A DNA stretch of 43,472 bases, from the NCBI GenBank assembly GCA_964514505.1, contig CAZEQW010000001.1, forward strand, positions 1 through 43,472, in the 5' to 3' direction. Positions 10,048-18,649 of this stretch are shown piece after piece. A program made the position numbers and the translations under genes. Position 1 is the stretch's first letter. Every line of letters starts with the position of its first letter. This stretch comes from an uncultured Erysipelothrix sp. (lineage in GTDB: Bacteria; Bacillota_I; Bacilli_A; Erysipelotrichales; Erysipelotrichaceae). Below the pieces are notes generated by a model. It did no database searches. It was not told the origin of the DNA and saw only the letters and a list, made by a program, of their open reading frames with translations.

Positions 10048-10052
10048 TGACT

Positions 10053-10724
10053 TTGACAAGAATATTAGTAGTCGATGATGAAGCAAAGATTCGTAATGTA
10101 GTGAAAGAGTATGCTAAAGTATCTGGTTATGAGTGTGATGAGGCTGAGGATGGGCAAGTTGCCATTGATATGATTACTAAGAACGATTATGATGTTGTCA
10201 TCTTAGATATTATGATGCCCAATTTAGATGGCTATACCGCTTGTAAGGAAATAAAGAAGATAAAGGATGTACCTATTATCATGTTGTCAGCTCGTACTGA
10301 TGAGATTGATAAGCTATTAGGATTTGAGATGGGGGTTGATGACTTTGTTACTAAACCATTTTCACCAAAAGAATTAATGGCTCGTGTAAAGGTTGTTTCC
10401 TCGCGTACCCGGACTAAAGTACATACTAAATATGTTTATGAAGGGTTAGAAGTAAATGTAACAGGTAGGGTAATAAGTGTTGATGGCGAACGTGTTAATC
10501 TAACGCCAAAAGAATTCGAGTTATTAGTCTTCTTGATTCAACACAAAGATCAAGCTTTATCGCGCGACTTACTTTTAGATAAAGTTTGGAATTATAATTA
10601 TTACGGTGATTATAGAACCGTTGATACTCATATTAAGATGTTACGACAAAACCTAGGAGTTTATCGTAAATTTATTGTTACAGTTAGAGGAATGGGATAT
10701 AAGTTTGAAGTCATCGAGAAATAA
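10053..10724 (+). CDS. OmpR/PhoB-family response regulator
   Basis: ILVVDDE, phosphoacceptor LDIMMP, KPF, winged helix LTPKEFELL...RTVDTHIKMLR...VRGMGY. TTG 10053 follows AAGGAGTGA (track start 10044). Confidence 0.93.
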   Translation: MTRILVVDDEAKIRNVVKEYAKVSGYECDEAEDGQVAIDMITKNDYDVVILDIMMPNLDGYTACKEIKKIKDVPIIMLSARTDEIDKLLGFEMGVDDFVTKPFSPKELMARVKVVSSRTRTKVHTKYVYEGLEVNVTGRVISVDGERVNLTPKEFELLVFLIQHKDQALSRDLLLDKVWNYNYYGDYRTVDTHIKMLRQNLGVYRKFIVTVRGMGYKFEVIEK

Positions 10725-12117
10725 TATGGCCTTTAGGGTTGGCTCCTATTTCTTGGTGTTTATTGGTAGTATGTTGGTGATGCTTTGGATGTTTCAAATT
10801 ACATTTCTTGAACCATTCTATCGTGTAAACCAAACAAAGAATATTCAACGTGTTGCATCAGAGGTAGAGAGTATGATGAACTCTAAGATTGATATGGATA
10901 CAAGTTCTGTATTTAGGGTTCTTTTTTCCCGTGAGAATATGTGTGGAAGTATTTATGATGAACGCGGTAATAATGTAATGTCTATTGCGGTTGAGTTAAT
11001 CGGACCCAATTGCTATTTATCTCAAATTTCTGAAGCAACTATGTTAGATTATGTAGAAACGATTCGATTAAGTTCTAATCATGAAATTAATATTCCGTTT
11101 AGAACAGATACATTTGATCAATCAATGAGTTTCTATGGGCGTTCTTTTAATGTTGATGATGCTGAGTATTATATATTTATTAATACTCCCACTGAATTAA
11201 TGGATTCAACAGTTGAAGTTTTGAAGAATCAATTTTTAATGGTATCAGTATTAGTGTTGCTACTAGGAACAATTACCGCGCTATTGCTTGCAAGGCGTTT
11301 GGCTAATCCTATTTATCAAATGAATGCTACAGCTAAACGTCTAGCTGCTGGTGACTTCAGTGTTGAATTTAAAGGCGATGGTTACCAAGAAGCGATTGAG
11401 CTCTCACAAACACTTAATTTTGCAACTTCTGAGTTTAGTAAAACAGATGAATTACGCCGGGACTTAGTTGCTAATGTATCTCATGATATAAAAACTCCTT
11501 TAACAATGATTAAAGCCTATGCTGAGATGATTGAAGATATATCTGGAGATGATCCTAAGCAAAGATCTGAACATCTAAAGATAATCATTGATGAAACAAA
11601 CCACTTAGAGAAGTTTGTAAATGATATGCTTTCATTATCTCAATATGAGTCAGGTGTGATTAGTATTAATGAGACACGGTTTAACTTAAAAGATCATATT
11701 GAATCTACAATGAATCTATTCCAAGTAGATACACCAGAGATTGAGTTGGATGTCGATAGAGGACTGTTTGTAATGGCAGATGAAATAAAGATGGGGCAAG
11801 TTTTATATAACTACATCAACAATGCTATTAAACATAGTAATGGTGAGGGTCCCATTAAGATATCAGTTAAAGCTAAACGTAATGAAGTTGAGGTAAGTGT
11901 TATTGATAATGGCGTTGGAATATCGGAAGTTGACCAAAAAGTAATTTGGGATCGATATACCCAGATTAATAAACATCATTCTCGCAAAGTATCATCTAGT
12001 GGACTTGGACTTTCGATAGTTGCGGCTATATGTGAAGCGACAAACTCTAAGTATGGAGTAGAGAGTGAAGAAGGTAAAGGGTCTAGATTTTACTATACGT
12101 TAACTAGAGTGAAGTAG
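10705..12117 (+). CDS. Membrane sensor histidine kinase (2 TM, HAMP, HisKA, HATPase)
   Basis: Two hydrophobic segments flank an extracytoplasmic domain; H-box SHDIKTP, N-box NYINNAIKH, G1 DNGVG, G2 SGLGLSIV. Start is uncertain (TTG 10705 or ATG 10726). Confidence 0.92.
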   Translation: MKSSRNNMAFRVGSYFLVFIGSMLVMLWMFQITFLEPFYRVNQTKNIQRVASEVESMMNSKIDMDTSSVFRVLFSRENMCGSIYDERGNNVMSIAVELIGPNCYLSQISEATMLDYVETIRLSSNHEINIPFRTDTFDQSMSFYGRSFNVDDAEYYIFINTPTELMDSTVEVLKNQFLMVSVLVLLLGTITALLLARRLANPIYQMNATAKRLAAGDFSVEFKGDGYQEAIELSQTLNFATSEFSKTDELRRDLVANVSHDIKTPLTMIKAYAEMIEDISGDDPKQRSEHLKIIIDETNHLEKFVNDMLSLSQYESGVISINETRFNLKDHIESTMNLFQVDTPEIELDVDRGLFVMADEIKMGQVLYNYINNAIKHSNGEGPIKISVKAKRNEVEVSVIDNGVGISEVDQKVIWDRYTQINKHHSRKVSSSGLGLSIVAAICEATNSKYGVESEEGKGSRFYYTLTRVK

Positions 12118-12279
12118 TTTATCTTTCTTTTACTTGAAATTATATGTAACTTTGATATTAAGGGGTGTTTTCTTTAGTTTATATTTTCATCTCGAACTGT
12201 CCTAGTTATATTTATATTAAAATCATTAAATGATTCACAAATTGTTTTGACTCTAGTCTGTACTATTTAGTATAAGTAC

Positions 12280-12308
12280 TAGACATTTGATTGGGTATGC
12301 ATTATAAT
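12280..12308 (+). promoter_or_regulatory. Sigma-A promoter of the rplU-prp-rpmA operon
   Basis: TAGACA-17 nt-TATAAT. A second possible promoter, TTGACT-18-TATAAG, lies at 12247-12276. Confidence 0.7.
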
Positions 12309-12314
12309 AGTTAA

Positions 12315-12420
12315 GCATTATGACTATCAGTGTTGCATGACTTCTTATATAAAAGAAGCATACAACCGCTCATGGTAAGGTCTAAGTGGTTGAAACCCAC
12401 CTTATGTGGCGAGTCTTATG
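12315..12420 (+). ncRNA. Ribosomal protein L21 leader (cis-regulatory RNA)
   Basis: Lies between the promoter and rplU and contains ACCGC...TAAGGT...ACCTTA...GGCGAGTC, recalling the Firmicute L21 leader; GACT/AGTC and CGC/GCG can pair. Boundaries approximate. Confidence 0.7.
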
Positions 12421-12443
12421 TATTTATATAAGGAGGTGTATGT

Positions 12444-12755
12444 ATGTACGCAATTTTGGAAACTGGCGGTAAGCAAATTATGGTTGAATTAGGCCAAGAG
12501 ATCTATGTTGAAAAACTAGATGTTGAAGAAGGTGAAGAAGTAGTATTCGACACTGTTCTTGGTATTAAGAACCGTACGCTACGTGTAGGAACTCCATACG
12601 TTAAGGGAGCTACAGTTACTGCTAAAGTTGTTAAGCATGGTAAAGGTAAGAAGGTTCATATCTTCAAGTATGTGGCTAAGAAACCATCTACTAGACGTCG
12701 TCAAGGACATCGTCAACCGTATACTAAGCTTGTTATCGAAAATATCGAAGGATAA
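12444..12755 (+). CDS. rplU: 50S ribosomal protein L21
   Basis: [25 protein letters not shown]; SD AAGGAGGT. Confidence 0.98.
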   Translation: MYAILETGGKQIMVELGQEIYVEKLDVEEGEEVVFDTVLGIKNRTLRVGTPYVKGATVTAKVVKHGKGKKVHIFKYVAKKPSTRRRQGHRQPYTKLVIENIEG

Positions 12756-12758
12756 GTT

Positions 12759-13073
12759 ATGATATTAGTTTCTGTTGTTAAAGATAAAGATTTAATTAAA
12801 TCCATAACAATTACAGGGCATGCCTTAAGTGGTGAGCCTGGTTATGACTTAGTTTGTGCAGCGGTGAGTTCAATGGCTACTGGAGCATTAAATGGATTAG
12901 ATCAATTATCAAGTGGGTGTACATTATATTTAGATGAATCCCCAAAAATAGAAATCGTATGTCAATCAATCAATGAAGTTAATCAATTACTGCTTGAGTT
13001 CTTATTGATTCAACTTAAAACAGTTGAAGATGTAGAAGGTCAATCAATCAAAATAGAGGAGGAATTCCAATGA
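12759..13073 (+). CDS. prp: Ribosomal-processing cysteine protease Prp (YsxB)
   Basis: ITGHA (catalytic His) and DLVCAAVS (catalytic Cys); sits between rplU and rpmA. Confidence 0.93.
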   Translation: MILVSVVKDKDLIKSITITGHALSGEPGYDLVCAAVSSMATGALNGLDQLSSGCTLYLDESPKIEIVCQSINEVNQLLLEFLLIQLKTVEDVEGQSIKIEEEFQ

Positions 13074-13354
13074 AGTTTCAATTAAATATTCAGTTATTTG
13101 CATCTAAAAAGGGAGTAGGTTCTACAAAGAACGGTCGTGACTCTCATTCCAAACGTTTGGGTGCTAAGTGTGCTGATGGAGAAACTGTAACAGCTGGTTC
13201 AATTCTTTACCGTCAACGTGGAACGAAAATCCATCCTGGAGAAAACGTTGGTCGTGGAGGAGATGACACACTATTTGCTAAAGTAGATGGTGTTGTTAGA
13301 TATGAACACATTACGCGTACGCGTCGTGCCGTTTCAGTTTATCCTGTAGCTTAA
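13070..13354 (+). CDS. rpmA: 50S ribosomal protein L27 with Prp-cleaved N-terminal extension
   Basis: [41 protein letters not shown]; ATGA overlap with prp. Confidence 0.98.
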   Translation: MKFQLNIQLFASKKGVGSTKNGRDSHSKRLGAKCADGETVTAGSILYRQRGTKIHPGENVGRGGDDTLFAKVDGVVRYEHITRTRRAVSVYPVA

Positions 13355-13364
13355 TTATGTAACT

Positions 13365-13390
13365 AAATCCCCGCTTGGGGATTTTCTTTT
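13365..13390 (+). terminator. Intrinsic terminator after rpmA
   Basis: AAATCCCC-gctt-GGGGATTT followed by TCTTTT. Confidence 0.8.
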
Positions 13391-13407
13391 GAAAGGATGT
13401 GTGTTTT

Positions 13408-14694
13408 ATGTTTGTCGATAGAACACGAATTAAATTAGTAGCAGGTGATGGTGGCGACGGAATGTCGTCTTTTCGCCGTGAAGCATATGTTCCATTAGGT
13501 GGACCATATGGTGGTGATGGTGGTCGCGGAGGTAATATTGTTTTTGTGGCTACATCAAGAAAATCAACCTTACTTGAGCTGCGTTATAATCGCGTCTTAA
13601 AAGCTGAACGCGGTGAAAATGGAAAAACAAAAAAAATGCATGGTCGTACTGGTAAAGATACTATTATTCAAGTTCCTTTGGGAACAATGGTTAAAGACTT
13701 AGATCGTGATATTGTGATTGCTGATTTGGTTCATGAGGGTCAATCAGTGATTATAGCAAAAGGTGGACGAGGTGGAAGAGGTAACACTCGATTTGTTACT
13801 CCTAAAAATCCGGCTCCAACGTTTGCAGAAAAAGGTGGCATAGGTGAAAGTCTTTTTGTTCAGTTAGAACTTAAAGTATTAGCTGATGTTGGGTTAGTAG
13901 GGTTTCCGTCAGTTGGGAAATCTACACTGCTATCGGTAATATCCCGTGCTAAGCCAGAGATTGCTGATTATCATTTTACAACTTTGATTCCTAATTTAGG
14001 TATCGCAAGTAGTGATGACCAACGTTCTTTTGTTGTTGCTGACTTACCTGGGTTGATCGAAATGGCTCATGAGGGTAAGGGCTTAGGCCATGTCTTCTTG
14101 CGTCATATAGAGCGTTGTAGAGTGCTTTGTCATGTAGTTGATATGGGTGCTGAAGATGGTCGTGATCCAGTTGAGGACTATAAAATTATTAATAATGAGC
14201 TGAAAATGTATGATCCAACTCTATTAGATAGACCTATGGTGGTTGTTGCTAATAAGATGGACTTAGATGAAGCAGAAGACAATCTAATAAGATTTAAAGA
14301 AGCCTATCCAGATGTAGAAGTATTTGAAATGATTACAATGGTAGGGGAAGGAACTAAGCCTTTACTATATCGTTTAGCTGATATATTAGACGAAACCCCA
14401 CAAGATATCTTTAAGAAGGATGATGAGACTGTTATCTTTAAGTTTGAACCACCTAAGAAACGCTTTGATATTGTACGTTTAGACGGTGATGTTTATAGTG
14501 TAGAAGGTGCTGAAATTGTCAGATTATTAGAACAATATGACTTCAACTTAGAAGATGAAGTAATTCAGTTTGGTATAGCAATGAAGAAATTAGGAGTTGA
14601 TATGGCTCTAAGAGAAGCTGGAGCTAGCCATGGTGATACGATTGTGTTAGAAGGATTTGAATTCTTCTTTGATGATGGTATCTTAGACGATTAA
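13408..14694 (+). CDS. obgE: GTPase ObgE/CgtA with Firmicute C-terminal domain
   Basis: MFVD start, glycine-rich Obg fold, GFPSVGKS, YHFTT, DLPG, NKMD. Confidence 0.97.
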   Translation: MFVDRTRIKLVAGDGGDGMSSFRREAYVPLGGPYGGDGGRGGNIVFVATSRKSTLLELRYNRVLKAERGENGKTKKMHGRTGKDTIIQVPLGTMVKDLDRDIVIADLVHEGQSVIIAKGGRGGRGNTRFVTPKNPAPTFAEKGGIGESLFVQLELKVLADVGLVGFPSVGKSTLLSVISRAKPEIADYHFTTLIPNLGIASSDDQRSFVVADLPGLIEMAHEGKGLGHVFLRHIERCRVLCHVVDMGAEDGRDPVEDYKIINNELKMYDPTLLDRPMVVVANKMDLDEAEDNLIRFKEAYPDVEVFEMITMVGEGTKPLLYRLADILDETPQDIFKKDDETVIFKFEPPKKRFDIVRLDGDVYSVEGAEIVRLLEQYDFNLEDEVIQFGIAMKKLGVDMALREAGASHGDTIVLEGFEFFFDDGILDD

Positions 14695-14703
14695 TATACT
14701 AAA

Positions 14704-14756
14704 AACACCTTGGGGTTTATTATGGTAAAGACATAATGGCTCCAAGGTGTTATAAT
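14704..14756 (+). promoter_or_regulatory. Long imperfect inverted repeat overlapping an extended -10 promoter of ruvA
   Basis: AACACCTTGGGGTTTATTATG-gtaaaga-CATAATGGCTCCAAGGTGTT; TGtTATAAT at 14748-14756. Confidence 0.6.
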
Positions 14757-14780
14757 TATATATAGAAAAAAGGTGAGTAA

Positions 14781-15344
14781 ATGATTGCATATGTTAGTGG
14801 TAGTGTTGTTAGTATTCATAGTGACTCAATAATAATTGATAATCAGGGTTTAGGATATCGAATCTTTACACCTGATCCTTTTGTATTTAAACAGGGTGAA
14901 AGTGCTATGTTATATACGTATCATCACGTTCGTGAGGATGCTATGATTTTGTTTGGATTTGTCGACACTGATAGTTTAGATCTATTTACACAGTTAATTA
15001 CCGTTAAAGGATTAGGCCCTAAGACTGGTATGGGAATCATGTCAAAAGCACGTTATAAAACGTTGGTGGATGCTGTAGAAAGCGCAGATGCTTCATTTCT
15101 TAAAACTTTACCCGGTGTTGGACCAAAGATGGCATCACAAATCATTCTAGATTTAAAGGGTAAACTAATAAGTAGCGATACTGTTGTTATTGAGAATAGT
15201 GTTATAGATGATGTCTTTACAGCATTAATGGATTTAGGTTTTAAAAAAGCTGAACTAAGTCGCATTAAGGATTCATTAATTAAGCATGAAAATCAAGAAT
15301 TAGATAGCTTGATTCGCTATGCATTAAGTTTATTATCAAGATAA
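14781..15344 (+). CDS. ruvA: Holliday junction DNA-binding protein RuvA
   Basis: MIAYVSG, HVREDAMILFGF, HhH motifs VKGLGPK and LPGVGPK, C-terminal ALMDLGFK. Confidence 0.95.
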   Translation: MIAYVSGSVVSIHSDSIIIDNQGLGYRIFTPDPFVFKQGESAMLYTYHHVREDAMILFGFVDTDSLDLFTQLITVKGLGPKTGMGIMSKARYKTLVDAVESADASFLKTLPGVGPKMASQIILDLKGKLISSDTVVIENSVIDDVFTALMDLGFKKAELSRIKDSLIKHENQELDSLIRYALSLLSR

Positions 15345-15359
15345 GGGGTGTTTTCTTAA

Positions 15360-16364
15360 GTGGATCGTATTGTATCAAATGATTTAATTACAGATTATGA
15401 CAATGAAATGAGTTTGCGTCCTGAAACAATGGACGAGTATATTGGTCAAAATGAGTTAAAAGAGAACCTTTTAGTGTTCCTTCAAGCCGCTAAGTATCGC
15501 AGTGAGTCTTTGGATCATATTCTTTTTTATGGGCCTCCTGGGCTAGGTAAAACAACGCTTGCTCATATTATCGCCGTGGAAATGGGATCTAATATTAAAG
15601 TTGCTTCAGGTCCAAGCATTGAAAGAAGTGGTGATTTAGCAGCTATCTTGTCTAGTTTAGAACCAGGGGATGTATTGTTTATTGATGAGATTCATCGCTT
15701 ACCTAAAACTATTGAAGAGGTATTGTATCCAGCAATGGAGGATTATGTACTTGATTTAATTGTCGGTAAGGATTCTACATCTAGAAGCATTCGCATTGAT
15801 TTGCCTCCCTTTACATTAGTAGGGGCAACTACGCGCCCTGGAGATCTAACAGCACCACTTCGTGATCGCTTTGGAATCGTATCAAAACTAGAATATTACA
15901 ATACCAAGGACTTAGAGACCATTGTTAGAAGAACAGCAACAGTTATGAACACCGAAATAAAAGAAGATGCAGTTGTAGAAATCGCAAAACGTTCTCGAGG
16001 AACACCTCGAATCGCTAATAGATTATTTAGGAGAGTTCGTGATTTTGCTCAAGTATTCAATGATAACTTAATCGATAAAGAGATAGCTATTAGTGCATTA
16101 GACAAACTAAAGGTAGACCATTTAGGACTAGATGAGGTTGATTTAAGATACTTAAGAGGAATTATTGAGCGATTCAAAGGTGGCCCAGTTGGTATTGAAG
16201 CAATTGCTTCATCAATATCAGAGGAAGCAATGACATTAGAAGATGTTTACGAACCATACCTACTTCAAATTGGGTTTATTAATAGAACACCAAGAGGAAG
16301 GGTCGTAACTCAAAAAGCTTATGAACACCTATCGATTGCATTTAATGATAGGTTAGATATATAA
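15360..16364 (+). CDS. ruvB: Holliday junction branch-migration ATPase RuvB
   Basis: [51 protein letters not shown]. Confidence 0.98.
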   Translation: MDRIVSNDLITDYDNEMSLRPETMDEYIGQNELKENLLVFLQAAKYRSESLDHILFYGPPGLGKTTLAHIIAVEMGSNIKVASGPSIERSGDLAAILSSLEPGDVLFIDEIHRLPKTIEEVLYPAMEDYVLDLIVGKDSTSRSIRIDLPPFTLVGATTRPGDLTAPLRDRFGIVSKLEYYNTKDLETIVRRTATVMNTEIKEDAVVEIAKRSRGTPRIANRLFRRVRDFAQVFNDNLIDKEIAISALDKLKVDHLGLDEVDLRYLRGIIERFKGGPVGIEAIASSISEEAMTLEDVYEPYLLQIGFINRTPRGRVVTQKAYEHLSIAFNDRLDI

Positions 16365-16376
16365 AAGGGGGATGAT

Positions 16377-17444
16377 ATGAAAATATGTATGGTAACAGGT
16401 GGTAGTGGTGGACATATATATCCTGCCATCACATTTGCTGATTATGCAAAGTCAAAAGGGCACGATATTGTTTTTGTGGGCAATAATGACCGCATGGAAT
16501 CGACATTAGTACCCCAACATGGATATGAATTCTATGCTATATCAAATAAAGGCCTTCAAGGAAGTGCTTTAGATAAAGTAAAAGCTGTGATTGGCCAATT
16601 TAAAGCAATTAGGGATGCTAAGAATTTATTGAAAGAGCTTAAACCCGAACTAGTATTTGCTTTTGGTGGTTATGTAACAATGCCACTTGTGGTAGCTGCT
16701 AAACAACTGGGGATCCCAGTAGCCTTACATGAGCAAAATGCCTTAGTTGGAAAAGCTAATAAAATGGTAGCAAAGTATGCGAGTATGATTTTTACAAGTT
16801 ATGAAGAATCTTTTAAGGATTTAGACAATGTATATTTTTATGGAAATCCAAGAAGTGCCTTGGATAATGAGATTGATAAAAATGATTTAAGTGAAGTAAA
16901 TAGACTTAACTTAGACAGAAATAAAAAGATTGTATTATGTGTAATGGGCTCACAGGGTTCAACAGCCATGAATTATATATTTAAGGATATGATTCAAAAC
17001 GTTGATACACTTGATTTTCAATTAGTTATTGTAACTGGTAAGACCAACTATGATGGATTTATTAAAGATGTGAGGTCTATTGATAATGTTATTATCACCC
17101 CGTATGTTAATCAAGCTCTTTTATTGAATCATATTGATTTGATAGTAGCACGATCTGGTGCATCAACAATCACTGAGATTGCTAGTTTCAATATTCCATC
17201 TATTCTTATACCAAGTCCCTATGTTGCAAATAACCATCAATACTATAATGCCAAGGCGTTATTTGATAAAAATGCAACCATTCTAATTGAAGAGAATACA
17301 CTTGATGGATCTATTTTATTAAGTACTATTAAAACTATCTTAAAGGATGAAAATAAGATGAAATCCTTAAGTAGTAACTTAGACCATTTTAAAACACCAA
17401 ATGTAAATGAAGATATATTACGTACCATTGAGGCAAGTATATGA
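16377..17444 (+). CDS. murG: Lipid I N-acetylglucosaminyltransferase MurG
   Basis: GGSGGHIYPA, GGYV, HEQN, GNPR, GSQG, RSGAST, HQYYNA. Confidence 0.95.
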   Translation: MKICMVTGGSGGHIYPAITFADYAKSKGHDIVFVGNNDRMESTLVPQHGYEFYAISNKGLQGSALDKVKAVIGQFKAIRDAKNLLKELKPELVFAFGGYVTMPLVVAAKQLGIPVALHEQNALVGKANKMVAKYASMIFTSYEESFKDLDNVYFYGNPRSALDNEIDKNDLSEVNRLNLDRNKKIVLCVMGSQGSTAMNYIFKDMIQNVDTLDFQLVIVTGKTNYDGFIKDVRSIDNVIITPYVNQALLLNHIDLIVARSGASTITEIASFNIPSILIPSPYVANNHQYYNAKALFDKNATILIEENTLDGSILLSTIKTILKDENKMKSLSSNLDHFKTPNVNEDILRTIEASI

Positions 17445-18244
17445 GTAGACGGCGTGTAAGTCATCAAGATGATACAACACATATAGAAAAGATACAGAAA
17501 GTATCTCGTCAGGAGCGTAAGCGTATTAGAAAAGAGAGACGCAAGCACTTCTTTAAACGCTTATTTCTGATCTTGTTTGTAATAGGTATTGGTGTTGGTC
17601 TATTTATTTTTGATCAATCTGATATGTCAAAACTCAAGGATATTCAGGTTGTTGGTAATGAATATATTGACAGACAAGTTATCATTGATGCCTATGGTTT
17701 TAAAGAAAAGGAACGCTTGATATCTAGTTTCTATAAGCAAATGTTTAAAAAGCCAGATATTAAGGGTGTTGCAAATGTAGATATAAAATTGTATTATACT
17801 AAGGGACTAATTACTTTGACAGTAAAAGAAAGTCCATTAGTAGCATATAGTTATGATTCGGGTCATAAAGTATTACTTAAAGATAATAGCTATATTGATA
17901 CAAATCATATCGACGTAAAAGAAGTTCCGTTGCTCGTTGGATTTACACAGGAAATTATTACTAATAATCCTAAGTTTTCCGATAAGTTATCGCGGATGAG
18001 TGAAGTAGCTTTTAATGGTATATCAGAGATTCATATTGAGAAGGAACCATTGGAAGATATTTACTTTAAGTTATTCATGAATAACGGCTATTTCGTATAT
18101 ACTAATTTAGATAATTTACTTTTGATGGATTACTATCCTGAAATTATTTCTAAGTTAGACAATGAGGATAATCGTTGTATTTATTTCCTAGATGAAGGGC
18201 GTACAGATGAAAATCAAAGCGCAGTAGCAAAGAAGTGTGAATAA
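17441..18244 (+). CDS. divIB: Cell division protein DivIB/FtsQ
   Basis: Basic cytoplasmic N-terminus, one TM helix, POTRA-like start (KLKDIQVVGNEYI), LTVKE and LFMNNG segments; ATGA-coupled to murG. Confidence 0.78.
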   Translation: MSRRRVSHQDDTTHIEKIQKVSRQERKRIRKERRKHFFKRLFLILFVIGIGVGLFIFDQSDMSKLKDIQVVGNEYIDRQVIIDAYGFKEKERLISSFYKQMFKKPDIKGVANVDIKLYYTKGLITLTVKESPLVAYSYDSGHKVLLKDNSYIDTNHIDVKEVPLLVGFTQEIITNNPKFSDKLSRMSEVAFNGISEIHIEKEPLEDIYFKLFMNNGYFVYTNLDNLLLMDYYPEIISKLDNEDNRCIYFLDEGRTDENQSAVAKKCE

Positions 18245-18289
18245 GAACAATTATTTAGTATGATTAAACTATAAAGGGAGGATTTCTTT

Positions 18290-18649
18290 ATGACAATTGA
18301 AAATAAAAACGAATTTGGATCAATTAATATTACAACTGATGCCATCGCTATGTTAGCTGGTGGTGTAGTGACTGAGTGTTATGGTGTAGTTGGTATGGCT
18401 TCTCAGCAAGTCTTAAAAGATGGATGGGTTGAGTTGTTAAAAGGTGAAAACTATTCAAAAGGTGTTAAAGTGACACAAACAGATGCAGGAATTGATTTAG
18501 ACTTATACATTATTGTTAGCTATAATGTTAAGATCTCAGAAGTTGTACTTGAGGTTCAAAAGAATGTCAAATATATGCTAGAAAAAACATTAGAGCAAGA
18601 TATCAATATGATTAATGTTTTCGTGCAGGGAATTAAGGTTGTTAAGTAA
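18290..18649 (+). CDS. yloU: Asp23/Gls24 family protein (YloU-like)
   Basis: GSINITTDAIAMLAG...ECYGVVGMAS...NYSKGV...INVFVQGIKV; TAATG-coupled to the DAK2 gene. Confidence 0.9.
   Translation: MTIENKNEFGSINITTDAIAMLAGGVVTECYGVVGMASQQVLKDGWVELLKGENYSKGVKVTQTDAGIDLDLYIIVSYNVKISEVVLEVQKNVKYMLEKTLEQDINMINVFVQGIKVVK

Noticed and set aside
12118-12280. Largest intergenic region as a possible sRNA, small ORF or CRISPR remnant
   Set aside because: AT-rich, with no direct-repeat array, no convincing SD-led ORF and no terminator-bounded unit; explained by rplU promoter DNA.
12759-13354. L27 N-terminal extension and adjacent protease as a novel system
   Set aside because: This is the established Prp/L27 processing system of Firmicutes.
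13338-13365. TTATGTAACT resembling the XerD arm of a dif site
   Set aside because: The XerC arm matches poorly, the site overlaps the end of rpmA, and gene orientation does not switch here.
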